A stretch of 60,052 bases of DNA, counting the filler. It is 7 parts of 7 records of this genome, joined end to end, with 100 filler letters (N's around TTAATTAATTAA, not from the genome) between each part and the next. Parts side by side here need not be neighbours in the genome. Positions count along the whole stretch, not along the records: positions 1 to 14,799 come from SRR31147125_22834; positions 14,900 to 24,600 come from SRR31147125_22884; 5 more parts are not named here. One strand, given 5' to 3'. The position numbers and the translations under genes are program-made. Each line of letters starts with the position of its first letter. Within the stretch, counting starts at the first letter, position 1. This document shows positions 8,998 through 18,839 of this stretch, piece by piece. The notes below the pieces were generated by a model that worked only from the letters and a program-made list of their open reading frames with translations, did no database searches and had not been told where the DNA came from.

Positions 8998-10947
8998 ATG
9001 AAAAAAATATTGTTGGTTGTATGTATGGTCTTTTTTGTATCACTGAATTGTACGGCTTCGGATACTAATTCGAAGGCTATAAAAGATTTCAAGCCAGATT
9101 CAAATATGGGGAGGAGCCAAGTTCCGAATTCATATAAGTGGAATGCTGGTTCTCTCTTTGCTTCTGATGATTTTTGGCAAAAAGGCTATGATCAGGTCAA
9201 ATCTTCAATGAACTCTTTGTCTCAATTTAAGGGGAAATTGGGAGAGCTGAATGGTTTGAAAAACTGCATGAAACAATATTTTGATACACGTTTAATCTTT
9301 GACAAAGTTGTTATGTATTCAAATCTTAAAAATGTCGAAGATGATGAAATAGAAAAATATCAGCAAATGAGAAAAAAGGCTGTTGCATTGGCTGGCGAGT
9401 TTAATGGGGCAACTTCATTCATTAGAGAAGAGCTTATTTCAATGAAAGAGGCTGAAGCTAGTAAGCTCTTAAGTGATCCTTCCATGAAAGAATACAAAGA
9501 TTATCTTTTGGATTTAAGGAGAAGAAAGGCAGCACTATTAGATCCTCAAGCAGAAAAAGTTCTCACAATTATGGGTGATAATCTTTGGGCTGAGATAGAT
9601 TTGAATGATCTTCCATCTTCAGTGGAGATGATTTTCAAGGCTGTCATGCGTGATATTCAGCTTCCTGAAATTACAGATGAAGAAGGTAAAAAAGTTCAGT
9701 TGACTATGTCAAATTACCCAAAATACAGAGGCTCAAAAAACAGAAAAGTCAGGAAAGAGGCTGTAACGGCTTTTTTTGGGGCTTTGAAGGACTATCAGAA
9801 CATCTTCGCAGCAACGCTAGGTGCAGAGTTTGAAAGAGATGTGGCCCTTGCCAAGGCTCGCGGATATAAGAGAGCAATTGATGCCTATTTAGATATGCAA
9901 AATATCAAGGCTGATGTTGTAGAGAACTTGATCAACACGATTCATAATAACTTAGAACCACTTCATAAATATGTTGAGCTGAGAAAGAAGATTTTAGATC
10001 TTCCGGATGTTCATATCTATGATCTCTATACCTCAATTGTTCCATCAATTGATTTAGACATTCCTTATGATGAAGCAAAGAGAGATATTATTGCTGCGGT
10101 AAAGCCTCTTGGTGATGATTATATAAAAGTTCTTTCACAAGGTTTGGATCCAAAAAATGGTTGGGTCGATATCTATCCAAATAAGGGTAAGGAGAGTGGG
10201 GCGTTCTGTATAGCTTCTTGGAGAGTCCACCCATATGTAAAAATGAACTATCAGAATAATATTAATGATGCTTCAACATTGGCTCATGAATTTGGACATG
10301 CTCTTCACTACTATAATAATTACAAAGCTCAAGATTATCCAAACTTTGGTTTTGCAACATTGATTGCTGAAATTCCATCGACAACTAATGAGGTCTTTCT
10401 TTCCAAGTATCTTATGGAAAAATATAAAGATGACCAGAAGATGCAATTATACTTGTTGGGAGAACAGATTGAGACGATCAGAACAACAATTTATAGGCAG
10501 ACACTTTTTGCAGAGTTTGAAGTTCTGATTCATAAGTATATCGAAGAGGGAACTCCAATAACAGCAGAGTTGATGAATAAGACTTACAAAGATCTCATCA
10601 GAAAATACTATGGACCAAACTTTGTAATTGATAAGAATGATGATATTGAATGGGCATATATCCCTCACTTTTTCTGGAAGTTCTATGTCTATTCATATGC
10701 AGCAGCACTATCTAGTGGTATAGCTATGGCTGATAATATTATAGCCGAAGGTGATGTTGGAAGAGATAGGTATATGACGATGCTCAGGGCTTCAGTCAAT
10801 GATAACCCGGTTGAAGTGATAAAAAAGGCCGGCGTTGACCTGTTGAAACCAACAGCAATTGAGGCGGCTGCTAAGATGATGAGTGATGCAATCGATAAAA
10901 TGGAGAAAATTGTCTCAAAGAGTAAACAACAGGCTGTAAATCAGTAG
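8998..10947 (+). CDS. pepF: Oligoendopeptidase F (peptidase M3B) with signal peptide
   Basis: HEFGH zinc motif, GKESGAF, EWAYIPHF, FYVYSYA; ATG 8998 follows GGAGG. Confidence 0.9.
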   Translation: MKKILLVVCMVFFVSLNCTASDTNSKAIKDFKPDSNMGRSQVPNSYKWNAGSLFASDDFWQKGYDQVKSSMNSLSQFKGKLGELNGLKNCMKQYFDTRLIFDKVVMYSNLKNVEDDEIEKYQQMRKKAVALAGEFNGATSFIREELISMKEAEASKLLSDPSMKEYKDYLLDLRRRKAALLDPQAEKVLTIMGDNLWAEIDLNDLPSSVEMIFKAVMRDIQLPEITDEEGKKVQLTMSNYPKYRGSKNRKVRKEAVTAFFGALKDYQNIFAATLGAEFERDVALAKARGYKRAIDAYLDMQNIKADVVENLINTIHNNLEPLHKYVELRKKILDLPDVHIYDLYTSIVPSIDLDIPYDEAKRDIIAAVKPLGDDYIKVLSQGLDPKNGWVDIYPNKGKESGAFCIASWRVHPYVKMNYQNNINDASTLAHEFGHALHYYNNYKAQDYPNFGFATLIAEIPSTTNEVFLSKYLMEKYKDDQKMQLYLLGEQIETIRTTIYRQTLFAEFEVLIHKYIEEGTPITAELMNKTYKDLIRKYYGPNFVIDKNDDIEWAYIPHFFWKFYVYSYAAALSSGIAMADNIIAEGDVGRDRYMTMLRASVNDNPVEVIKKAGVDLLKPTAIEAAAKMMSDAIDKMEKIVSKSKQQAVNQ

Positions 10948-11043
10948 GTTAATTCTGCTTGTTAAAGCAAAACATGATCTTTTGATTGTTTTTAAAAGTC
11001 TTTATATTTCAGGGGTATAGGGCTTAGTGTTAAAGAAGGCGAA

Positions 11044-11601
11044 ATGAGTCTAATAACAATAATTTCAGTTTCAATCGGGCTGGCTATGGATGCTTTTGCA
11101 GTGTCCATAGCCAGCGGTTGTATAGATCGCCAGTTGAAGCTTAAGGGAGCCTTGAAAATTGCTCTCTTTTTTGGTGGATTTCAGGCTTTAATGCCAGTTG
11201 TCGGTTGGTTGGCTGGTAATAGCGTGAGAGTTTATGCTGAAGCTTACGATCATTGGATCGTATTTGTTTTGCTCTCCTTTGTTGGTGGTAAAATGATCTA
11301 CGAATCCTTTCAGCTTGATGAGAATAAAAAAAGGTTCAACCCAAACAAGCTTCTTATACTCTTTGTTTTGGCAATAGCCACAAGTATAGATGCCTTGATA
11401 GTTGGATTTTCTCTTTCATTCTTAAAAGTAGGGATCGTTTTTCCATCAATTATCATTGGAATAATTACTTATGTGTTTTCCTTTTGTGGAGTCTATATTG
11501 GTAAAAAGTTTGGTCATCTCTTTGAAAACAAGATTGAGCTTGTAGGGGGATTGATTCTGATAGCCATAGGAATCAAGGTTTTGATTGAACACTTATATTA
11601 G
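11044..11601 (+). CDS. mntP: Manganese efflux pump MntP
   Basis: [10 protein letters not shown] and ATSIDAL motifs, 185-aa membrane protein. Confidence 0.9.
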   Translation: MSLITIISVSIGLAMDAFAVSIASGCIDRQLKLKGALKIALFFGGFQALMPVVGWLAGNSVRVYAEAYDHWIVFVLLSFVGGKMIYESFQLDENKKRFNPNKLLILFVLAIATSIDALIVGFSLSFLKVGIVFPSIIIGIITYVFSFCGVYIGKKFGHLFENKIELVGGLILIAIGIKVLIEHLY

Positions 11602-11620
11602 TTTTTATGATGGAGCAAAA

Positions 11621-12805
11621 ATGAAAAATTCAAAAGGTCTAAATATTTTTGAGAGGTATCTCACTGTTTGGGTTTTGGCTTGTATTGGCGGGGGAATCCT
11701 CTTAGGAAAGTTTGCTCCACAAGTTGCAAAGTCGCTTGATGGTATGGCTGTCTATGTTGGTGATGCTCCCGTTGTTTCTATTCCAATTGCAATCTGTCTT
11801 TTCTTTATGATGTACCCCATCATGGTTAAAATTGATTTTGCTGAAGTTGTTAGGGCTGGCAAAAGTGGAAAGCCTGTTTTGTTAACATTGATTTTGAATT
11901 GGATGATCAAGCCTTTCACAATGTATGGTATTGCGCTGTTTTTTCTGGGGACTCTTTTTTATAAGTTTATTGGTCCAGAGGCTGTGGATCTTGTAAAGAT
12001 GCCATTTGGTCTAGATCTTTCGATTGGAGCAAAATATGGTTCAGGAACTGTGGTTTTGGTCGATGGAATTAAGATGCTTCAAGTTCCTCTTTGGAGAAGT
12101 TATCTAGCTGGTTGTATTCTCCTGGGAATTGCCCCTTGTACTGCTATGGTCTTGGTTTGGGGATATCTTGCCAAGGGGAATGATGGGTTAACGCTAGTTA
12201 TGGTAGCTATAAATTCTCTTACTATGCTTGTTCTCTATGGGGTACTTGGTGGTTTTCTGTTAGGCGTTGGCAGACTGCCTGTTCCTTGGCAGGCATTGTT
12301 ACTGTCAATTTCTATCTATGTGGCTTTACCTCTGGTTGCAGGATATTTATCTAGACGATGGTTGATTAGGAAAAAGGGAGTGGAGTGGTTTAAAGAAAGA
12401 TTTCTTCATGTTCTTACACCAATAACTATCGTAGCTTTACTTATTACTTTGGTTCTTCTCTTCTCATTTAAAGGTGAAATAATATTATCAAATCCGTTAA
12501 CCATTTTATGGATTGCAATTCCTCTATTTATTCAGACGAATCTTATCTTTTGGCTAGGTTATGGTTTTGCAAAATTATTTAAACTCAAATATGCCGATGC
12601 GGCACCCGCAGCAATGATTGGTGCAAGTAATCATTTTGAAGTAGCCATTGCAACTTCAACCATGCTCTTTGGCTTATCTTCAGGAGCTTCTCTTGCGACA
12701 GTTGTCGGTGTTTTAATTGAAGTTCCACTTATGTTAATGCTGGTCAAAATTTGTCTAAAAACAAAACACTGGTTTCGTCCCTCCTTGTCATCCCAACAGC
12801 TCTAA
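11621..12805 (+). CDS. acr3: ACR3-family arsenite efflux transporter
   Basis: [47 protein letters not shown]. Confidence 0.92.
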   Translation: MKNSKGLNIFERYLTVWVLACIGGGILLGKFAPQVAKSLDGMAVYVGDAPVVSIPIAICLFFMMYPIMVKIDFAEVVRAGKSGKPVLLTLILNWMIKPFTMYGIALFFLGTLFYKFIGPEAVDLVKMPFGLDLSIGAKYGSGTVVLVDGIKMLQVPLWRSYLAGCILLGIAPCTAMVLVWGYLAKGNDGLTLVMVAINSLTMLVLYGVLGGFLLGVGRLPVPWQALLLSISIYVALPLVAGYLSRRWLIRKKGVEWFKERFLHVLTPITIVALLITLVLLFSFKGEIILSNPLTILWIAIPLFIQTNLIFWLGYGFAKLFKLKYADAAPAAMIGASNHFEVAIATSTMLFGLSSGASLATVVGVLIEVPLMLMLVKICLKTKHWFRPSLSSQQL

Positions 12806-12806
12806 C

Positions 12807-12878
12807 GTCATTCCGGACTTGATCCGGGATCCAAGAAATATCATTAATATGTGGATTCCAGGTCAAGCCTGGAATGAC
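12807..12878. repeat. REP-like palindromic element (GTCATTCC...GGAATGAC) between convergent genes
   Basis: Terminal inverted repeat with internal CCGGACTTGATCCGG and CCAGGTCAAGCCTGG hairpins. Confidence 0.8.
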
Positions 12879-12918
12879 ACCCGAGGTTTACGGGTGATAG
12901 AAGAAAGTAGACGGAAAA

Positions 12919-13533
12919 TTAAATAGGCAGCAGGACGAAGATTGTTAAATCCCATATGGCGTGAGATATTATTACTGGCCAGAGTGATCGATATCTATAA
13001 TAAATTGCACCCCAGAAAAGACCGCAGACCAGAGATGCTATAACTAGCATAAAGTTGAATGCTACTATATGGATTCCAGCATAGATTAAGGTTGCAAAAA
13101 TAAAACCTCTTTTATCTCCAAAGAATTTTGACAGATTTTCCTGAATAAAACCTCTCCAAAAAATTTCTTCAGCAGGGCCAATCCATAATAGTAGTGAAAT
13201 GCCTATCAGCAAATTTGAGGCTTGTGATTTGGTTGAATAGATATTTGCTATTTCATCTTTTGTGAAATCAAAGAGTGCTGTGACGATATAGTTTCCAACA
13301 AAAAATATTAGATAAAGAATTGCTGCAGAGAAGATTCCAATAAAGAGATGTTTGATTTTAAACTTAAAAATTCTTTTAAGTTTATTTCTCTGAAAGAAGA
13401 TTGCCAGGATTGTTAGTGAGCCCGTTGAAAAGAGCATCATGCCCCAGAAGTTGATATGTTCTTTTGTTAAAGGCGAGAACATTACAAACCAGAGGAGTAG
13501 GGCGTATAGTGATGTTAGAATGATTTTCTTCAT
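12919..13533 (-). CDS. CPBP (CAAX/Abi/Rce1) intramembrane glutamic endopeptidase
   Basis: EEIFWRG, YAGIH and SHAIWD motifs. Confidence 0.88.
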   Translation of the reverse strand: MKKIILTSLYALLLWFVMFSPLTKEHINFWGMMLFSTGSLTILAIFFQRNKLKRIFKFKIKHLFIGIFSAAILYLIFFVGNYIVTALFDFTKDEIANIYSTKSQASNLLIGISLLLWIGPAEEIFWRGFIQENLSKFFGDKRGFIFATLIYAGIHIVAFNFMLVIASLVCGLFWGAIYYRYRSLWPVIISHAIWDLTIFVLLPI

Positions 13534-14438
13534 GAAACAAAGTAGGTGCAGAGTAGTGAGCCGATTAAGAGAACTCCAAATATCATGTGAAGCTGAGCTG
13601 TCTTAACATCAATTGTGGCAATCGATTCGGGTTTGTCTCCTTGTGCAGACCATATTTCATGAATGTTTTTTATTCCAATTGGAAGACTTATAAGAACTAC
13701 TAGTGACCAGATTGGAAGAATACTTTTTAATACCATTGTAGCAACACTGATATAAGCAGCAGAGATAAGAATAACATATTGAACCCTTGCACCCCTGTTT
13801 TTAAGCAGCATTGCGAATGTCTTAATCTTTGCATTTTGATCGTTTTTGACATCTCTTAAGTTGTTTGCATGTAAAATAGCATCGACAAGGAAACCGACTG
13901 GAAGTGAAATTAAGAGTACATGAATATTGAAACTGCCAGTCAGCGCAAAGTATGAACCGATAACCATAAGAGGCCCCATGAGCATAAATACAAGAAGATC
14001 TCCAAGGGCATAATATTTTAGTTCAAAGGGTTTGCCTGTATAAAAATAACCTCCTAGAAATCCTATTAGGCCAAGCCAAAGCATTGGTAGCCCTCTCAAA
14101 TAGACGAGGTAGAGCCCTAATAGAGATCCGATAAAGAACATAAAGAGACCGCCAGTCAAAAGTGTCTTTGGTTTTAAAAGACCTTGAACAAGAATTCCGC
14201 TAGACCCAAAGGTGTTTTCTTTATCGACTCCTTTTTTATAATCGTAATAGTCGTTTATGATGTTTGTTGCAGCGTGAAAGAGTAGAGAGCAGATAATTAC
14301 GATCGGAAGTAAAAACCAGTCTACGCTGTCCTTATAAAATAGCGCGAGTGTTGCGCCCAAGAGGACTGGAATCATTGAAGCTGTAAATGAAAATGCGCGC
14401 GTTGCCTGAAACCAGATGCTGAATTTAGATCTTGTCAT
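13530..14438 (-). CDS. menA: 1,4-dihydroxy-2-naphthoate prenyltransferase (UbiA family)
   Basis: NDYYDYKKGVD, ANNLRDxxND, KYYALGD motifs. Confidence 0.85.
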   Translation of the reverse strand: MTRSKFSIWFQATRAFSFTASMIPVLLGATLALFYKDSVDWFLLPIVIICSLLFHAATNIINDYYDYKKGVDKENTFGSSGILVQGLLKPKTLLTGGLFMFFIGSLLGLYLVYLRGLPMLWLGLIGFLGGYFYTGKPFELKYYALGDLLVFMLMGPLMVIGSYFALTGSFNIHVLLISLPVGFLVDAILHANNLRDVKNDQNAKIKTFAMLLKNRGARVQYVILISAAYISVATMVLKSILPIWSLVVLISLPIGIKNIHEIWSAQGDKPESIATIDVKTAQLHMIFGVLLIGSLLCTYFVS

Positions 14439-14447
14439 AAATTTTCC

Positions 14448-14799
14448 TTATTTAAGTAGTTCAAGTACTGTCTGTGTCGTATCGATCATTAATCTCTTCT
14501 GATCTTTTGGATCTTTTAGAGCATTAACTAATTTATCCTTAGCTTGGTTGATAGCTAGTCCCCCTGCGATTGCAGTAGAAAACGCATCTAATATTTCGTT
14601 CTGTTTGCTAAGATTTATTTTTTCATCGTTTAAAATTATTGAGATATCGCTTATTGCAGTATTGCTGTCGTCAATCCATTTGTTCTGTTTTGCCTTGTCC
14701 CATTTTGACCAGCCGGGAGGATAACTTCCACCTCTCCATCCTGTCTTCTTTCCTTTGCTCCAGCCGGGAGGTGTTGATTTTGAGCCAGTAGAAATTTTT
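14448..14799 (-). CDS. Hypothetical protein, 3' part only (truncated at the contig end); absent from the ORF track
   Basis: Open frame ..STPPGWSKGKKTGWRGGSYPPGWSKW..TVLELLK* ending just upstream of menA. Confidence 0.65.
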
Positions 14800-14899
14800 N
14801 NNNNNNNNNNNNNNNNNNNNNNNNNNNNNNNNNNNNNNNNNNNTTAATTAATTAANNNNNNNNNNNNNNNNNNNNNNNNNNNNNNNNNNNNNNNNNNNN
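14800..14899. other. Artificial contig linker
   Basis: N-run + TTAATTAATTAA + N-run. Confidence 0.99.
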
Positions 14900-14958
14900 T
14901 TTTTAAGGGCTTGCAATATTCCGATTTATTGAATATTCAATTAATATTGGAGATTGCC

Positions 14959-16406
14959 ATGAAAAAAGAAATCAAACGAAGAGAATTTATTCAATTTACC
15001 GCAGCCGGAGGCGCACTGTGTCTCTATGGATCAAGTACTTTAGCGTTTGCGGCACATTCAGAAAAATTTAAGCTTATAAGTCCTGGCTGCAGAAGAACAA
15101 AAGTTAAAGTAGCACGAATTTATATGGGAACCTCTCATGGCCTTTGGCCCAAACCCAATCTGGATTTTCAGGACGAAATCCGATTTTATAAAAAAGAGTT
15201 TGCGCAATTAAAAGACGAATTATCTGATGTTGAATTTGTTGTTGATGAGCTTGTCACGTCCCCTGAGCAAGTGGGTAAGCTTAAACACAAATTAAAAGAT
15301 GTGGATGGTATTTTACTGATTCACTTTAATATTGGTGTAAGACCTATTCTGAATGAAATCCTCAGCCTGGGAAAGCCGACAATGGTTTTCGCAGATCCCT
15401 ATTCCGGGCATGAATGGGCTGGATTCGGATCTTTACGCAACCAGCCACTGGGAGCGAAAATGGAATGCCTTCTCACTACAGATTATAAACAACTGGCTGT
15501 TACAATAAGACCTTTTCGTGCAATTCATCATTTAAGAGAAGCCAAAATTCTTAATCTCACCACACGCGCATTCGCAGATTACGCTAATAATATAAAAGAT
15601 AAATTTGGAACTGAGATAAAACAAATCGAACTCGAACGAATGCGTGATGTTTATTTTTCCATCAATAACAAAGACGCAAAGGTGGAGGCTGATCGCTGGA
15701 TAAAAGAAGCGGATAAAGTTGTGGAACCATCTAATGAAGAGATATTTAAATCCTGCAAATTAGCCCTGGCTTTTGAGAAATTATTACATGAAGAAGATGC
15801 AACGGTCATGACAATGGATTGCTATGGTTCAATGTGGGATAAAACCATTAAACTGCCGGCATATCCATGTATTGGCTTTACTAGACTAAATAATATGGGA
15901 TTAGGTGGCATATGTGAATCTGATTTGCAATCGGCAATGACTCACATCATTTTTCAGGGACTCGTTGGAAAACCAGGTTTTATCAGCGACCCTACAGTAA
16001 ATGAATCCAATAATAGTATCATTCTGGCTCATTGCCTGGGAACAACAAGAATGGATGGTCCTGATCAGCCGGCAGATCCATACAAGTTACGGTCGGTTAT
16101 GGAACGCCGGGAGGAGTTGTTACACAAGTAAAAATGCGTATAGGCCAAAAAGTCACGCAAGCGAAATTGATTGGTACAGATTTTCTTCCCTATTTTACCG
16201 GTGAAATTATCGACGCTCCAGTATCGCTTAAAGACGACAGAGGTTGCCGAACTAAAATTACCGTCAAAGTGGACGGGGATGTGACGAAATTATGGCAAAA
16301 TTGGTCACATGGATTACATAGACAGACATGCTATGGAGATATCACCAAAGAACTTGCCTACTTTTCCAGGTTTAAAGAAGTTAAAATGATGAATGAGGCA
16401 GTGTAA
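14959..16406 (+). CDS. Tat-exported L-fucose/L-arabinose isomerase-like protein; frameshift near 16110 joins ORFs 14911..16131 and 16134..16406
   Basis: KRREFI twin-Arg signal; YPCIGF, CESD, GFISDP, AHC, GCRTK and HR motifs; one added A restores RREGVVTQVKMR. Confidence 0.7.
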
Positions 16407-16451
16407 ATGTTAGAAACTTATTTCTTTAATGATAAATATGTGGAAAGCATT

Positions 16452-17566
16452 ATGAAAACATTAATGCTAAATGCAATATATTTTGTTTTACTAACAAGCA
16501 TACCTTCATTATATAGCTATACAAATATGACTCCAGCTGAGGTTCATACTCGCCTTGCTGAAGGCGATACACTGCTTCTTCTCGATGTACGTGAAGTGTC
16601 GGAATACAGGGCAGGGCATATTGCAGAACCATCCGGACAACTTCCCTTAACACCAGTTAATATGCCATTGAATAGCAATGTCCTTTCTACAGAATATCAT
16701 AGACTTCCCAGGAATATGGATATTGTTGTTTATTGCCGATCGGGTGGACGCAGCGCTACAGCATCCTCATTTTTAGATTCAAACGGATTTACTCAAATAT
16801 ATAACATGACAGGTGGATATTCTTCATGGACACATGAGTATAGAGAAAATGGATATGGAGATCAAACCGGAAAATGGGTGCGTTCAACAGACCTTCTTCC
16901 TGTTACAATAACATGTTCCGTTAATGGTGATACCAGCAAAATCATTATTCCTCCAAATGTGATTCCTGAAACCGATTCAACCTATTTTGAACTTCATTTC
17001 GCATCTTCACATGTAACAATACCGCCGAATGTTCCTCAATCGGATTTGAAGGGATTGTTCAGGATCACAGCGCTTGATCCATTTGGCTTGTCACTGTTTA
17101 TTGGCGATTCCTTGTCTGTGTCTGATACTGTAAACATAAGCTTTTTCCCTGAATATGTGATTGGTGGAACAACACCGCTGGTAAATCATAACATGACTGT
17201 TTATGTACCTGGTGAAGAATGGCGAACTGTTCCCTATAATTATGATGGATTCATATTTTATAGAAAAGAACGTGTTCTAAGGCGATGGTATAATGTTGAA
17301 GGCTTTATAAATACAGGTATTACAGAGTTTTCTTTTCCTAAACAGCCTGAGAAAATCCACGTGTTTCCTAATCCATTAACAGTTCAGTCCATATTATTGC
17401 ACCACCCCAGGCCATAATCTTTATTTACAATATGAGAGGCAGATTAATCGAGCAACTAAAATCTCCGATTTGGGCTCCGGATCACTCAGTGGTATCTGGA
17501 ATATATCTTGTCAATGTTCTGTATGCGGGACAAAAATTTTGTCAAAGAGTCGTTTATTTAAAATAG
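16452..17566 (+). CDS. Secreted rhodanese-domain protein with T9SS type A-like C-terminal domain (frameshift near 17375)
   Basis: DVRE..EY..GHI, active-site CRSGGR, GGYSSW; shifted frame reads FPNPFNSSVHI..IYNMRGRLI..SGIYLV..VVYLK*. Confidence 0.75.
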
Positions 17567-17831
17567 GGGATCAAGTTCAATTGTTTTTCATGTGTATGAG
17601 ATCCGTGTTCCAATTTTATTAGAATGAATTACTTGTCCTTATATGTTAAACATTTTATTATCCAAATTTGGTATGATTTATTAATTAATTGCTCCTGAAT
17701 TGGAAATTTTTTGAGATATGCAAATCAATGCCAATGCGTATGGCGTTACATTTGTCAATTTGTCCCAATTCTCTAGTTGCTGTTTTTACTTTTCGTAATA
17801 ATCAGGCAATTGGTCCTAATAGTAAAGGGAT

Positions 17832-18668
17832 ATGTTTATGAATAAATTTAAAAATTTTTCAATACTCTTTTTACTATTCCTGGTTCCATTCTTTTTTCAT
17901 TCATGTATTAAAGATAAAAATCCATTGAAACCATCAATAAATCAGGTAAGAGCCGGTATAAGGCTTTCTAAAAATGATATCCCCGAATTAACAGGAACAA
18001 CCGAACTAAGGTCCGGTGAAAAACCATGGCTTTGGGAAGCGAGTTGGGGAAATGAAAAAAAGTATTATATTGTAAAATTTGTATATAGTTGGGAACTCAC
18101 AAAAAATGATTTTATTGATGTTGATTTAATTGTAACAGAAACTCATGATCTTGCCTGCAATTATTTGATGGAAACGCGTAGGCATTGCAGTCTTCCTTTA
18201 TTTCTGCTCGAACCAGAAGATCGACCTGCTGTTGTTGGCGATATATCCTACGGAGGTGGTAGACAATTTATTCGGGATAACATCATTATAGAAATTCATA
18301 CCGAGGGAAAATTTATTGAGAAAATACGCGACATTGCGATGCAGATTGACTCACTTTTATTAAAAAGCCCGACTGCTGTAACAGCAGATTACATGAGACC
18401 GGTTATTATAGAATTTGAAATAATTCAAAATCCTGTCAAGATTAACAGTATTACCCAATTAATTATCGATGTTCAGGATCCCATGAATAGAAAAATATTT
18501 TATGACTGGCGATTCACGCCTGGCCTGGAAAGTTATGGAGGAATTGAAATAGATGAGTCAGGGAATATCTATTATTATGCCGATATCGAAAATTCAATGG
18601 AAGAATTAAGCCTTTTTGCCATTAATGAAGGTGGCTTTTTTCAACGGCAACTATTTTCATTCATATAG
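17832..18668 (+). CDS. Hypothetical lipoprotein
   Basis: Lipobox-like signal (FFHSC); no recognised domain. Confidence 0.65.
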   Translation: MFMNKFKNFSILFLLFLVPFFFHSCIKDKNPLKPSINQVRAGIRLSKNDIPELTGTTELRSGEKPWLWEASWGNEKKYYIVKFVYSWELTKNDFIDVDLIVTETHDLACNYLMETRRHCSLPLFLLEPEDRPAVVGDISYGGGRQFIRDNIIIEIHTEGKFIEKIRDIAMQIDSLLLKSPTAVTADYMRPVIIEFEIIQNPVKINSITQLIIDVQDPMNRKIFYDWRFTPGLESYGGIEIDESGNIYYYADIENSMEELSLFAINEGGFFQRQLFSFI

Positions 18669-18839
18669 AATAATCTTATCCGAGCAGATGAGAAATGTTT
18701 ATCAGTTTTATTCATATCTGTTTATCTCGTATCAGCGAAATTGTTATTTTACCTGACACATGATTGCAGAAATTGATTTGCTGTTTTAAGATTCATAAGT
18801 AATAAGCATATTGGCCCTAATAGTATGAAAGGATAATTC

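Noticed and set aside
11044-12805. mntP-acr3 as a metal-resistance island
   Set aside because: No arsR, arsC or mobility genes; an ordinary adjacent transporter pair.
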